DNA of 64,000 nucleotides from an uncultured Rickettsiales bacterium (GTDB lineage Bacteria; Pseudomonadota; Alphaproteobacteria; Rickettsiales; UBA6187): NCBI GenBank assembly GCA_964476705.1, contig CAYZBM010000002.1, positions 6,980 to 70,979 of the forward strand, read 5' to 3'. Shown piece by piece: positions 56,338 to 64,000 of this stretch (position 1 is its first letter; each line of letters starts with the position of its first letter). The notes under the pieces were generated by a model. It saw only the letters and a program-made list of their open reading frames with translations, ran no database searches and was not told where the DNA came from. The position numbers and the translations under genes were made by a program.

Positions 56338-56823
56338 CTATCTTTGTGCTAAAAGTCTAATAATTTGTCCGGTGTGAACCCTAGTAATTAACTGCATAGC
56401 TTGTGAGAATTGGGCTATATTGCCATCTAACATGCCAATTTCGTCGATAAAATTCTTGCGGATATAAATTTCATTTTGTTCAAAAAGCGATCTGACATAA
56501 AGCAGGCTTTCGGCAATAACATCAAGTCTGGGCTCTTTTTCATCAACAGCTCTTCTTTTAAAACTTTTGTAAATTTTTTCACGATATTCTTCAGGATCCC
56601 ATAAAGGACCTACGGCTTGTTTAAAAAGATTGTGAGTATCTTGCGGCCAATTACGATTAATTTCAATAACATTAGATAATGAAACTACAAGTCCTCCGAC
56701 TGGTCTTTGCATAACTTCATAAGGTAAAAGAGCTTTTTCCGTATAAAAATTAAGGATGTTTTTTAACCAACCTTCTTGATTATAAAAATTCTCAGGTAGC
56801 GGATTGGGATTAATCTCGTTCAT
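56338..56823 (-). CDS. hypothetical protein (161 aa)
   Basis: ORF with balanced composition. No recognised motif. Confidence 0.6.
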   Translation of the reverse strand: MNEINPNPLPENFYNQEGWLKNILNFYTEKALLPYEVMQRPVGGLVVSLSNVIEINRNWPQDTHNLFKQAVGPLWDPEEYREKIYKSFKRRAVDEKEPRLDVIAESLLYVRSLFEQNEIYIRKNFIDEIGMLDGNIAQFSQAMQLITRVHTGQIIRLLAQR

Positions 56824-56899
56824 TATATTTTCCTAAAAACTTGAGTTTAAAGGACTATACTGAAGATTATCTCTTTTGGGAAATATTTTTTTATTAGCC

Positions 56900-57556
56900 T
56901 TAAGTTATATTAAAGGATTTGGTAAAATTAATTATTGGTCCCAATATAATCCTAGCTCTTACCCCAAGATATTTTTGATATTCAAGAATTATAAGATTTT
57001 TTGTCCCGATATTTTGCCACCAATTAGCTAGTTTAACATTTTCAGGAAAAACCGGATAAGGTAATATTTCTATTTGGCTTGAACCAATTCGTCTTTTAAT
57101 TTCCAGTAAACTCCTAGGTAAATGGTAGCTAGAAGTAACTAAAATAAAAGATTTTATATTATTTTTTTTAATCCAGGCTGAAACCTCTAAAGCGTTTTCA
57201 TAAGTACTATTTGCCGAATAACCTAATTCAATATTTTGATAAAATTTATCAATACCATCCGGTAGTTTCCCTGAGAGAATTAAAGTTTCCATCAGATTAG
57301 TTTTATGGCCAACTCCTGAAATAAATAATTTAGGAGCCATTTTTTTTTGTAATAAAAAAAGTGCTTTATTAATCCTAAGGCTACCTCCAGTTAAGGCTAT
57401 TATGGCATCGTAAGATTTCTTTTGGTCTAAATAATCAAATTTCTTATCGGTTATAGTATTTATAAAATATAAAAAATCACCGGCTATAATGCTAATAGAT
57501 CCCATGATTATAAGTAAAAAAGTGATAAATATTTTTTTAAAAGTCATTTGACCCAA
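56900..57556 (-). CDS. DUF218 (YdcF/ElyC) family protein
   Basis: N-terminal TM, ALTGG and LVTSSYHLPRS motifs. Confidence 0.8.
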   Translation of the reverse strand: MGQMTFKKIFITFLLIIMGSISIIAGDFLYFINTITDKKFDYLDQKKSYDAIIALTGGSLRINKALFLLQKKMAPKLFISGVGHKTNLMETLILSGKLPDGIDKFYQNIELGYSANSTYENALEVSAWIKKNNIKSFILVTSSYHLPRSLLEIKRRIGSSQIEILPYPVFPENVKLANWWQNIGTKNLIILEYQKYLGVRARIILGPIINFTKSFNIT

Positions 57557-57581
57557 GATATATATAATTAAAAGTTTGAGA

Positions 57582-58106
57582 TTAATTAAATTGAATCTGA
57601 TCGCCTACTTCGATCTTGAATTTTTTAGTTAGGCCAGCATTTATTTCTAAGACGCTTAAGCTTTTTTGCTCAGAGCTTATTATGGTACTTGACATTATTT
57701 TAGTATTTTGAGCAATTTTTACAATTTTATTATTCTCATCAATAAATATCATATCTAGGCTTATTTTGGTGTTAAACATCCACATATTAATGATTTGTGG
57801 GGATTTGAAGATAAATAACATACCTCTATTTCTAGGTAATTCTTTGCGAAACATTAGGCCGCGGGTCTTTTTTGCTATTGTATCTGCAATTTCTATTTCA
57901 AAATTTATAGAATCGCCTATACTATTTTTTATAGTCAAATGTCCTAAATCTAAGGTAGAAATATTATTGGTATTATTTGGATATAAATTCTGATTAAAAG
58001 ATGATGGTTTTATACCTAGTTTTTGGGGAAGAAGAAGGAATATAATTAAAATAGCTAGTAATGGACTTAAAATAATAGCCATTTTATTTTTTTTTATAAA
58101 ACTCAT
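57582..58106 (-). CDS. DUF192 family protein
   Basis: Signal/TM leader, then RGLMFR...GMLF...MWMFNT..SLDMIFID pattern. Confidence 0.8.
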   Translation of the reverse strand: MSFIKKNKMAIILSPLLAILIIFLLLPQKLGIKPSSFNQNLYPNNTNNISTLDLGHLTIKNSIGDSINFEIEIADTIAKKTRGLMFRKELPRNRGMLFIFKSPQIINMWMFNTKISLDMIFIDENNKIVKIAQNTKIMSSTIISSEQKSLSVLEINAGLTKKFKIEVGDQIQFN

Positions 58107-58118
58107 GAAATTAAGTCT

Positions 58119-58294
58119 CTATAGTATTTAAGTTTAAAATTACTAATATTATGGATCCTTAATAAAACATAGAAATTGTTATAAGAATATGTTTTTTCAG
58201 GGCAACCCGTCCTTAGATTTAGTCAGGAATATGGCATTATAGAAATGATTTGAACTATAATAAAAATTAGTCAATCACTTCTTAATCTACTATA
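58119..58294 (-). mobile_element. MITE-1 copy (A''-x-C-D, reverse orientation) in the divergent DUF192/coaC promoter region
   Basis: CTATAGTATTTAAG...GGATCC...CATATTCTTATAACAATTTCTATG...CTTAATCTACTATA. Its module-D end lies 12 nt from the DUF192 ATG. Confidence 0.8.
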
Positions 58295-58340
58295 ATTTAA
58301 ATTAACTATTTATCAATTATTTTGTACGGTTCTTTAGATT

Positions 58341-58883
58341 ATGAAAAAGAAAAAAACAATATTGCTTATTATTAGTGGTAGTATCGCAGCATATAAAGCC
58401 CTAGAGCTTATTAGGTTGTTAATTAAAAATTCTATTACTGTTGTTCCTGTATTAACTAAAAGTGCTGAAGAATTTGTAACGCCAATGTCGGTAGCGGTAA
58501 TTAGCGGCAATAATGTTTATACCGATTTATTTTCTTTAAAAGATGAAGCTGAAATTGGCCATATAAATTTATCTAGAAATGCCGATTTGGTAGTAATAGC
58601 TCCGGCGAGCGCTGATATAATTTCTAAGATGGCATTGGGTCTAGCTAATGATTTAGCAAGCACCTTACTTCTGGCTAATGATAAAAAAACTTTAATAGTT
58701 CCCGCCATGAATGTTAAAATGTGGGAAAATAAAGCTGTTCGCCGAAATGTTGATATTTTAAAAAAAGATGGAGTTATATTTTTAGGTCCTGATTCTGGCG
58801 ACTTGGCTTGCAAAGAAGAAGGTTATGGCCGGATGGTTGAGCCAGAAGAAATACTCAAAAAAGTTCTAGCTATCCTAGAATAA
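58341..58883 (+). CDS. coaC: phosphopantothenoylcysteine decarboxylase (flavoprotein; N-terminal half of the usual CoaBC)
   Basis: ISGSIAAYKALELIRLL, PAMN and GYGRMVEPEEI motifs. It ends where the Dfp interdomain linker begins. Confidence 0.9.
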   Translation: MKKKKTILLIISGSIAAYKALELIRLLIKNSITVVPVLTKSAEEFVTPMSVAVISGNNVYTDLFSLKDEAEIGHINLSRNADLVVIAPASADIISKMALGLANDLASTLLLANDKKTLIVPAMNVKMWENKAVRRNVDILKKDGVIFLGPDSGDLACKEEGYGRMVEPEEILKKVLAILE

Positions 58884-58895
58884 CCTAATTTAAAT

Positions 58896-58970
58896 TATAG
58901 TAGATCAAGCAATGATTTTCCACTTTAATTACTTACATAAATACATTCATTTCAATTAAGAAATACTATA
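58896..58970 (+). mobile_element. 75-bp MITE-1 deletion derivative (half of module A + module D) in the coaC-coaB spacer
   Basis: TATAGTAGATCAAGCAATGATTTTCCACTTTAATTACTTACATAAAT + ACATTCATTTCAATTAAGAAATACTATA. Confidence 0.85.
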
Positions 58971-58982
58971 TACATACTAGAT

Positions 58983-59654
58983 ATGAAAAAAAATAAACTA
59001 CAAGGTTTAAAAATACTGATAACTATGGGGCCAACAATCGAGAAAATTGACCCAGTGCGTTATATATCTAATTATTCTTCGGGCAAGCAAGGTTATTATA
59101 TTGCTCAAGGTTTGGCAGATTTAGGAGCTAAAGTTATTTTAGTGTCTGGGCCGGTGAGTATAGCTATAAATAAGCATAAAAATATTAAACTAATAAAGAT
59201 AGAAACCGCAAAAGAAATGCTAAAAATATGCGAAGAAAATTTGCCGGTAGATATTGGAATTTTTGTGGCAGCGGTTTGTGACTTTAGACCTAAAAAAATT
59301 CTAAAAAATAAAATAAAAAAACAACTAGATGAAAATGAAATAAATTTAAATCTAGTTAAAAATCCAGATATTTTAAAAACTATAGCTACTCATAAAGAGC
59401 GTCCTAAAATAGTGGTAGGTTTTGCCGCAGAAAGCGAAAATCTATTAGCTAATGCTACAAAAAAACTGCAAGAAAAGTCTTGTGATTTAGTAGTTGCTAA
59501 TGATATAGCTAAAAATAAGGTCTTTGGAGATGAGGAGAATAAAGTTACTTTTGTCTTTAATAAAGATAAAAAAATTACTCATCTAGATTTGCCATTACTT
59601 GCAAAAAAAGATGTAGCTTTATTTTTAGCTGATTTCCTGGCGGATTGCTTATAA
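58983..59654 (+). CDS. coaB: phosphopantothenate-cysteine ligase (C-terminal half of the usual CoaBC)
   Basis: ILITMGPTIEKIDPVRYISNYSSGKQG and AAVCDFRP motifs. 223 aa. Confidence 0.9.
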   Translation: MKKNKLQGLKILITMGPTIEKIDPVRYISNYSSGKQGYYIAQGLADLGAKVILVSGPVSIAINKHKNIKLIKIETAKEMLKICEENLPVDIGIFVAAVCDFRPKKILKNKIKKQLDENEINLNLVKNPDILKTIATHKERPKIVVGFAAESENLLANATKKLQEKSCDLVVANDIAKNKVFGDEENKVTFVFNKDKKITHLDLPLLAKKDVALFLADFLADCL

Positions 59655-59684
59655 AATTATTATTAAAAAAGAAGGATTTAAAAT

Positions 59685-60155
59685 ATGTCGCAAGTTGAAA
59701 TAAAGATTAAACGTTTTGAACATGGTAATTCTTTGGATGTGCCACATTATGCTACTTTAGGTAGTGCTGGAATGGATTTATCAGCAGCTATAGATAATGA
59801 TATAACTATAAAAAAAGGTGAAAGAGCTTTAATTAAAACCGGGATAGCTATAGCTTTACCTTTAGGATATGAAGCGCAAATTAGACCGAGATCAGGCTTG
59901 GCTTTAAAAAATGGAGTTACAGTTTTAAATACTCCAGGTACTATAGATTCTGATTACCGAGGAGAAATAGGAGTTATTCTGATTAATTTAGGAGTTGAAG
60001 ATTTTACCGTAACTCGAGGTATGAGAATTGCCCAAATGATTATTGCTAAATACGAGCATGCTAAATTAAGCTTAAGTATAGATTTAGATGAAACTGCGAG
60101 AGGAGAAGGTGGTTTTGGTTCCACAGGAATTAAAGAAAAAGTATCAGTTAGTTAA
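59685..60155 (+). CDS. dut: dUTP diphosphatase
   Basis: [21 protein letters not shown] and GGFGSTG motifs. Confidence 0.95.
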   Translation: MSQVEIKIKRFEHGNSLDVPHYATLGSAGMDLSAAIDNDITIKKGERALIKTGIAIALPLGYEAQIRPRSGLALKNGVTVLNTPGTIDSDYRGEIGVILINLGVEDFTVTRGMRIAQMIIAKYEHAKLSLSIDLDETARGEGGFGSTGIKEKVSVS

Positions 60156-60166
60156 GGGTCTATATA

Positions 60167-60580
60167 ATGATCAATAGCAAATTTTATGAAGCCTTAGAAG
60201 TTGTTGTTTATATTGCCATTTATTCTGGTGGTAAGGCCGTTTCTAGTAGTGAAATTTGTAAATACAAAAATGTAGCCCCTCGTTACCTAGAAAATCTTTT
60301 GAAATTATTATCTAAATATAATATTATTAAAGGAACTACAGGACCTAAGGGGGGCTATATCTTGGCTCGAGAAAAACGTAAAATTACGCTTTTAGAAATA
60401 GCTGAGATCTTTAAAAATTCAAATATTCGTCATGAAAATAACATCTTAGCTAGCTTAAAAAATAATGTTGAAAGTCATTTAGACCAGTTATTAGTTGGTA
60501 TTACTTTGGAAGAAATCTGCAAACAGGCCGAGCCTTTGCTTCTAGGGCAGTTTAAAACTAAGCCTGACTTTAACATCTGA
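60167..60580 (+). CDS. Rrf2-family transcriptional regulator lacking the three-Cys Fe-S ligand motif
   Basis: Winged HTH (YLENLLKLLSKYNIIKGTTGPKGGYILAR). No IscR-type Cys cluster around aa 90-110. Confidence 0.82.
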   Translation: MINSKFYEALEVVVYIAIYSGGKAVSSSEICKYKNVAPRYLENLLKLLSKYNIIKGTTGPKGGYILAREKRKITLLEIAEIFKNSNIRHENNILASLKNNVESHLDQLLVGITLEEICKQAEPLLLGQFKTKPDFNI

Positions 60581-60589
60581 AACTGATTC

Positions 60590-60614
60590 TTATTGATAAT
60601 CCCATTATCAATAA
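60590..60614. promoter_or_regulatory. perfect 11-bp-arm palindrome between rrf2 and cysK (candidate Rrf2 operator or terminator hairpin)
   Basis: TTATTGATAAT-ccc-ATTATCAATAA, 10 nt after the rrf2 stop codon and ~100 nt upstream of cysK. Confidence 0.4.
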
Positions 60615-60710
60615 TTTATAAAGAAAACCTTGATTTTTTGGCTAAATTCTAGATAATACATACTGTATTTTATATAGATTTATAAATTAAATAGATTAAT
60701 AGGATGGATC

Positions 60711-61700
60711 ATGAGTACTAATCATAAAGTTAAAGAACATAATTATATTCCATCACTAAAAACTAAAGGTCGTGGTAGATGTTATGAAAATTTTGCTGAT
60801 GCTGTTGGCGATACGCCACTGGTTAAACTAAATAGAATTGCCAAAGATGCTAATTGTGTAGCTAAAATTTATGCTAAATTAGAATTTTTTAATCCACTAT
60901 CTAGTGTGAAAGATCGTTTAGCTTATGGAATGATTGAACATGCCGAGCAACAAGGAATTTTAAATTCTGAAAGTGTAATTATTGAACCTACTTCCGGGAA
61001 TACTGGAATTGCTTTGGCTTTTATTTGTGCAGCAAAAGGTTATAAACTTATTTTGACTATGCCAGAGAGTATGTCAATTGAAAGACGTAAGATGCTTAAA
61101 CTTCTTGGCGCTCATTTAGAATTAACTCCAGCATCTAAAGGAATGAAAGGTGCTATTGAAAAAGCTGAAGAATTAGCTAAGGAGAATAAAAATTCTATAA
61201 TTTTACAACAATTTACAAATCCAGCTAATCCAGTTATTCACGAGCATACAACGGCAGAAGAGATTTGGAATGATACTCATGGTAAAGTTGATATTTTTAT
61301 AGCAGGCGTAGGTACTGGTGGTACAATTACCGGTGTTGGTAAATTCTTAAAAGAAAAAAATAATAATGTAAAAATAATTGCGGTTGAACCAGAAGATAGT
61401 CCGGTATTATCAGGCGGCCAACCTGGCCCCCATAAAATCCAAGGAATTGGTGCTGGCTTTATTCCAGAAATTTTAGATAAAAGTTTGATCGATGAAGTAA
61501 TTACTATTGGTAATGAAACAGCCTTTAATACCGCAAGATTAGTGGCTACTACAGATGGTATACCAGTTGGTATTTCGTCAGGTGCTACAATTGCGGCAGC
61601 CTTAGAAGTTGCTGCTCGTCCAGAAAATAAAGGCAAAACTATAGTTACAATAGTAGCTTCTTGTGCCGAACGTTATTTATCTACAGCATTGTTTGAATAA
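60711..61700 (+). CDS. cysK: cysteine synthase A (O-acetylserine sulfhydrylase)
   Basis: PLP-lysine motif SVKDR, TSGNTG and [10 protein letters not shown] loops. 329 aa. Confidence 0.93.
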   Translation: MSTNHKVKEHNYIPSLKTKGRGRCYENFADAVGDTPLVKLNRIAKDANCVAKIYAKLEFFNPLSSVKDRLAYGMIEHAEQQGILNSESVIIEPTSGNTGIALAFICAAKGYKLILTMPESMSIERRKMLKLLGAHLELTPASKGMKGAIEKAEELAKENKNSIILQQFTNPANPVIHEHTTAEEIWNDTHGKVDIFIAGVGTGGTITGVGKFLKEKNNNVKIIAVEPEDSPVLSGGQPGPHKIQGIGAGFIPEILDKSLIDEVITIGNETAFNTARLVATTDGIPVGISSGATIAAALEVAARPENKGKTIVTIVASCAERYLSTALFE

Positions 61701-62459
61701 GTGCGTCTAAGTCCTGAACAACATAAACGCTATTTGCGGCAAATTAATCTCGACCGCGTTGGTATATCGGGACAAAATTTGCTGCAAGCTAGCAAAGTAT
61801 TGGTTGTAGGTAGCGGTGGCTTAGGTTCGATAATTCTTCCTTATTTAGCTGGTAGTGGCATTGGAACAATTGGGATTATAGATTCTGATATTGTGGAGTT
61901 AAGTAATCTACATCGCCAGACCATTTTTGATTATGCGGATATTGGTAAAAGTAAGGCTCTAGTTGCTAAAAATAAATTATTAGCACTTAATCCTGATATA
62001 GAAGTTATTGCTTATAATGAAAGATTTGAAAATAATAAAAATTCCAGTGTAATTGAAAAATACCAACTTATAGTTGATGCATCAGATAATTTTGCTACTA
62101 AATTCGCGTTAAATGAGGTATGTATTTCTCAGAAAAAGACTTTTATCTGGGGAGCGGTACAAGAATTTTCTGGGCAAGTAGGGGTAGTTAAACATAATCT
62201 GCAAAAAAAATATCCTTGTTTTGAATGTTTTTGTCCAAAAAATATTTTAAATAATAATGCGCTGCAAAATTGTAATAGTTTAGGAGTTTTAGGTAGTGTA
62301 GTTGGAGTTATTGCCTCACTTCAAACTACCGAAATATTAAAAGAATTATTACAAATACCTGAAAGTTTGGCGGGAAGTATTTTAATTTATGATGGTTTAA
62401 AATCTCAATTAAGAAAAGTGGGGTTGTCAGTAAATAGTGAATGTTTATCTTGTAAGTGA
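61701..62459 (+). CDS. ThiF/MoeB/HesA-family E1-like adenylyltransferase
   Basis: RYLRQI, GSGGLGS nucleotide loop and two CxxC pairs (CFEC, CLSC). The GTG start directly abuts the cysK TAA. Confidence 0.88.
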   Translation: MRLSPEQHKRYLRQINLDRVGISGQNLLQASKVLVVGSGGLGSIILPYLAGSGIGTIGIIDSDIVELSNLHRQTIFDYADIGKSKALVAKNKLLALNPDIEVIAYNERFENNKNSSVIEKYQLIVDASDNFATKFALNEVCISQKKTFIWGAVQEFSGQVGVVKHNLQKKYPCFECFCPKNILNNNALQNCNSLGVLGSVVGVIASLQTTEILKELLQIPESLAGSILIYDGLKSQLRKVGLSVNSECLSCK

Positions 62460-62468
62460 TGAGAGCAT

Positions 62469-63206
62469 ATGCCACGTTATAAATGTATAGTTGAATATGA
62501 TGGAACTAATTTTTGTGGCTGGCAAATCCAAGAAAATGGTAAAACTATTCAAGGAGAAATAGAAAAAGCCATAAAATTATTTTCTGGTGAAGATGTGACT
62601 ATTTGTACGGCAGGGAGAACAGATTCTGGGGTCCATGCTTTGGCGCAAGTATTTCATTTTGATTTAAGTAAAGAATATAATGTTGAAAATATTCGTGGAG
62701 GCTTAAATTTTCATTTAAGTACCGATGCTATTTCAGTTTTATCGGCAGAAATTGTTGATGAAAATTTTCATGCGAGATTTGGGGCAAAAAAACGCCATTA
62801 TAAATATATCATTATAAATAGACGAAGCCCTTTAGCTTTAAATTTAAATAGGGCTTGGCATGTACCGGTTATTCTTGATATAGGCGCTATGAATCAGGCT
62901 GCAAAATTATTTTTAGGAACGCATGATTTTACTAGCTTTAGAGACTCTGAATGCCAGGCAAAATCAGCAATAAAAACAATTGATAGTTTAGATGTAGTTA
63001 AGCATGATCATGATATAATAATTTCAATATCGGCAAAATCCTTTTTACACCATATGGTTAGAAACATAACTGGGACCTTAAAATTAGTTGGCGAAGGAAA
63101 ATTATCCGTAAATGATATCCCTGAAATTTTTGCTAAAAGAGATCGAGCTGCAGCAGGGCCGACAGCGCCGGCTTGTGGGCTTTATTTTGTTAAGGTTGAG
63201 TATTGA
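62469..63206 (+). CDS. truA: tRNA pseudouridine(38-40) synthase
   Basis: VEYDGTNFCGWQIQ, and GRTDSGVHA catalytic Asp motif. 245 aa. Confidence 0.95.
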   Translation: MPRYKCIVEYDGTNFCGWQIQENGKTIQGEIEKAIKLFSGEDVTICTAGRTDSGVHALAQVFHFDLSKEYNVENIRGGLNFHLSTDAISVLSAEIVDENFHARFGAKKRHYKYIIINRRSPLALNLNRAWHVPVILDIGAMNQAAKLFLGTHDFTSFRDSECQAKSAIKTIDSLDVVKHDHDIIISISAKSFLHHMVRNITGTLKLVGEGKLSVNDIPEIFAKRDRAAAGPTAPACGLYFVKVEY

Positions 63207-63207
63207 T

Positions 63208-63235
63208 TTGACACATCAATAAAATACTTTATTAT
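63208..63235 (+). promoter_or_regulatory. sigma-70-like promoter candidate for the phd-parE module
   Basis: TTGACA (63208-63213), 16 nt spacer, TATTAT (63230-63235). It lies ~35 nt upstream of the antitoxin start. Confidence 0.35.
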
Positions 63236-63265
63236 ATCTTTTAAAGAACTTTATTTAATTTTTTA

Positions 63266-63595
63266 TTGGATATGCAGATGATTAATATTACAGAGGATAT
63301 ACATTCTTTAACTGATTTTAAAAAACATACCAGTGAATTTATTTCTGGCCTTAAAAAGACAGGACGGCCTGCAGTGTTAACTGTAAATGGTAAAGCTGAG
63401 ATCATAGTTATGGATGCCTCAGCTTATCAAAATATTCAGGATGAATTGATTTTTAGAGAAAACATTGCAGAAATAGAAAAAAGTTTGGAAGATTTTGAGT
63501 GTGGACGTTTTTCTTCTTTTGAAGATATTTTTTCTCGATTAAAAACAAAAATTAGAAAACAAGAAAAGAAATTAACCAATAAAAAACTTAAATAA
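63266..63595 (+). CDS. type II antitoxin, Phd/YefM family
   Basis: LTDFKKHTSEFISGLKKTGRPAVLTVNGKAEIIVMDASAYQ. The real start may be the ATG at 63272 or 63278. Confidence 0.82.
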   Translation: MDMQMINITEDIHSLTDFKKHTSEFISGLKKTGRPAVLTVNGKAEIIVMDASAYQNIQDELIFRENIAEIEKSLEDFECGRFSSFEDIFSRLKTKIRKQEKKLTNKKLK

Positions 63596-63597
63596 TA

Positions 63598-63779
63598 TAC
63601 TATAGTAGATTAAAAAATGATTGACAGTAGAATGCATATATAATCAATCATTATTTATAATGCTACATCCCTGAATAAATCCGGGACAGGTTATCCTGAA
63701 AAAACATATCCTTATAATACTATTTTATGTTTTATTGAAGGATCCAAAAATACATTCATTTCAATTAAGAAATACTATA
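63598..63779 (+). mobile_element. MITE-1 copy (A''-x-C-D) inserted between antitoxin and toxin genes
   Basis: TACTATAGTAGATTAAAAAATGATT...CCTGAAAAAACATATCC...GGATCC...CATTTCAATTAAGAAATACTATA. It ends on the base before the toxin ATG. Confidence 0.85.
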
Positions 63780-64000
63780 ATGTCTGAAAAAAATTATAAA
63801 ATTATTGTTTCTGATTCAGTCTATATTAAAATGGAAAAACAATATGACTATATTGTTAGCAAATATGGAATTTTATCTGGAAAAAAATGGTTTAATGGGA
63901 TTATGAGTGCCATTTCTTCCCTTGCTATATTGCCTAATCGATGTGCTATAGCTGCAGAAAATACCCATATAAAGAAAGGTTCTAAAAAATTGCTCCGTCA
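63780..64000 (+). CDS. RelE/ParE-family toxin, N-terminal part (runs off the window end)
   Basis: Own translation: MSEKNYKIIVSDSVYIKMEKQYDYIVSKYGILSGKKWFNGIMSAISSLAILPNRCAIAAE... This is the ParE-like pattern (Y.I..s..a...l..i..YI......a..w...i...i..L...P.r). Confidence 0.7.
   Translation, partial: MSEKNYKIIVSDSVYIKMEKQYDYIVSKYGILSGKKWFNGIMSAISSLAILPNRCAIAAENTHIKKGSKKLLR

Noticed and set aside
61277-61636. 119-aa minus-strand ORF inside cysK (also 19039-19631 inside hisD, 28819-29028 inside the ABC exporter, 32572-32811 inside the kinase, and 58517-58813 inside coaC)
   Set aside because: All are antisense to genes with unambiguous catalytic motifs, so they are shadow ORFs.

Overview
The window is AT-rich (about 30% G+C by eye) and densely coding, and looks like alphaproteobacterial chromosome. 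Several signs point to an obligate-intracellular Rickettsiales/Holosporales-like symbiont: conserved synteny blocks (miaB-phoH-ybeY-tlyC-lnt and hisG-hisD-infA-maf-yacG), a stand-alone tRNA-Ala(UGC) with no rRNA nearby, an ankyrin-repeat protein, three type II toxin-antitoxin modules and a VirB2-type pilin. This taxonomic placement is inference. I support about 62 protein-coding genes, mostly housekeeping, including one small gene (yacG) that the ORF track missed, plus 3 tRNAs. There is also a very dense, modular family of short palindromic MITE/RPE-like repeats, with at least 15 full or partial copies, a second smaller repeat family, and a conserved 44-nt hairpin at convergent gene ends. There are no CRISPR arrays, rRNAs, transposases or integrases. 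The strongest candidates for something new are listed below. (1) An orphan virB2 pilin gene with its own terminator is followed by a 2115-aa acidic repeat protein that has an Inc-like bilobed hydrophobic hairpin. (2) An aconitase is fused in-frame, through an A9 slippery tract, to a zinc-ribbon plus two-TM tail. (3) The MITE family has remodelled genes. It rewrites the PhoH C-terminus, splits bifunctional coaBC exactly at the domain linker, separates a phd-parE pair, and places the same element end 0-13 nt upstream of three start codons. (4) A 1374-aa ORFan is wedged into the conserved miaB-phoH cluster. (5) An ankyrin protein with a mitochondrial-presequence-like N-terminus is bracketed by VapBC and RES-Xre modules. 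All functional calls come from motif recognition by eye; no searches were run.
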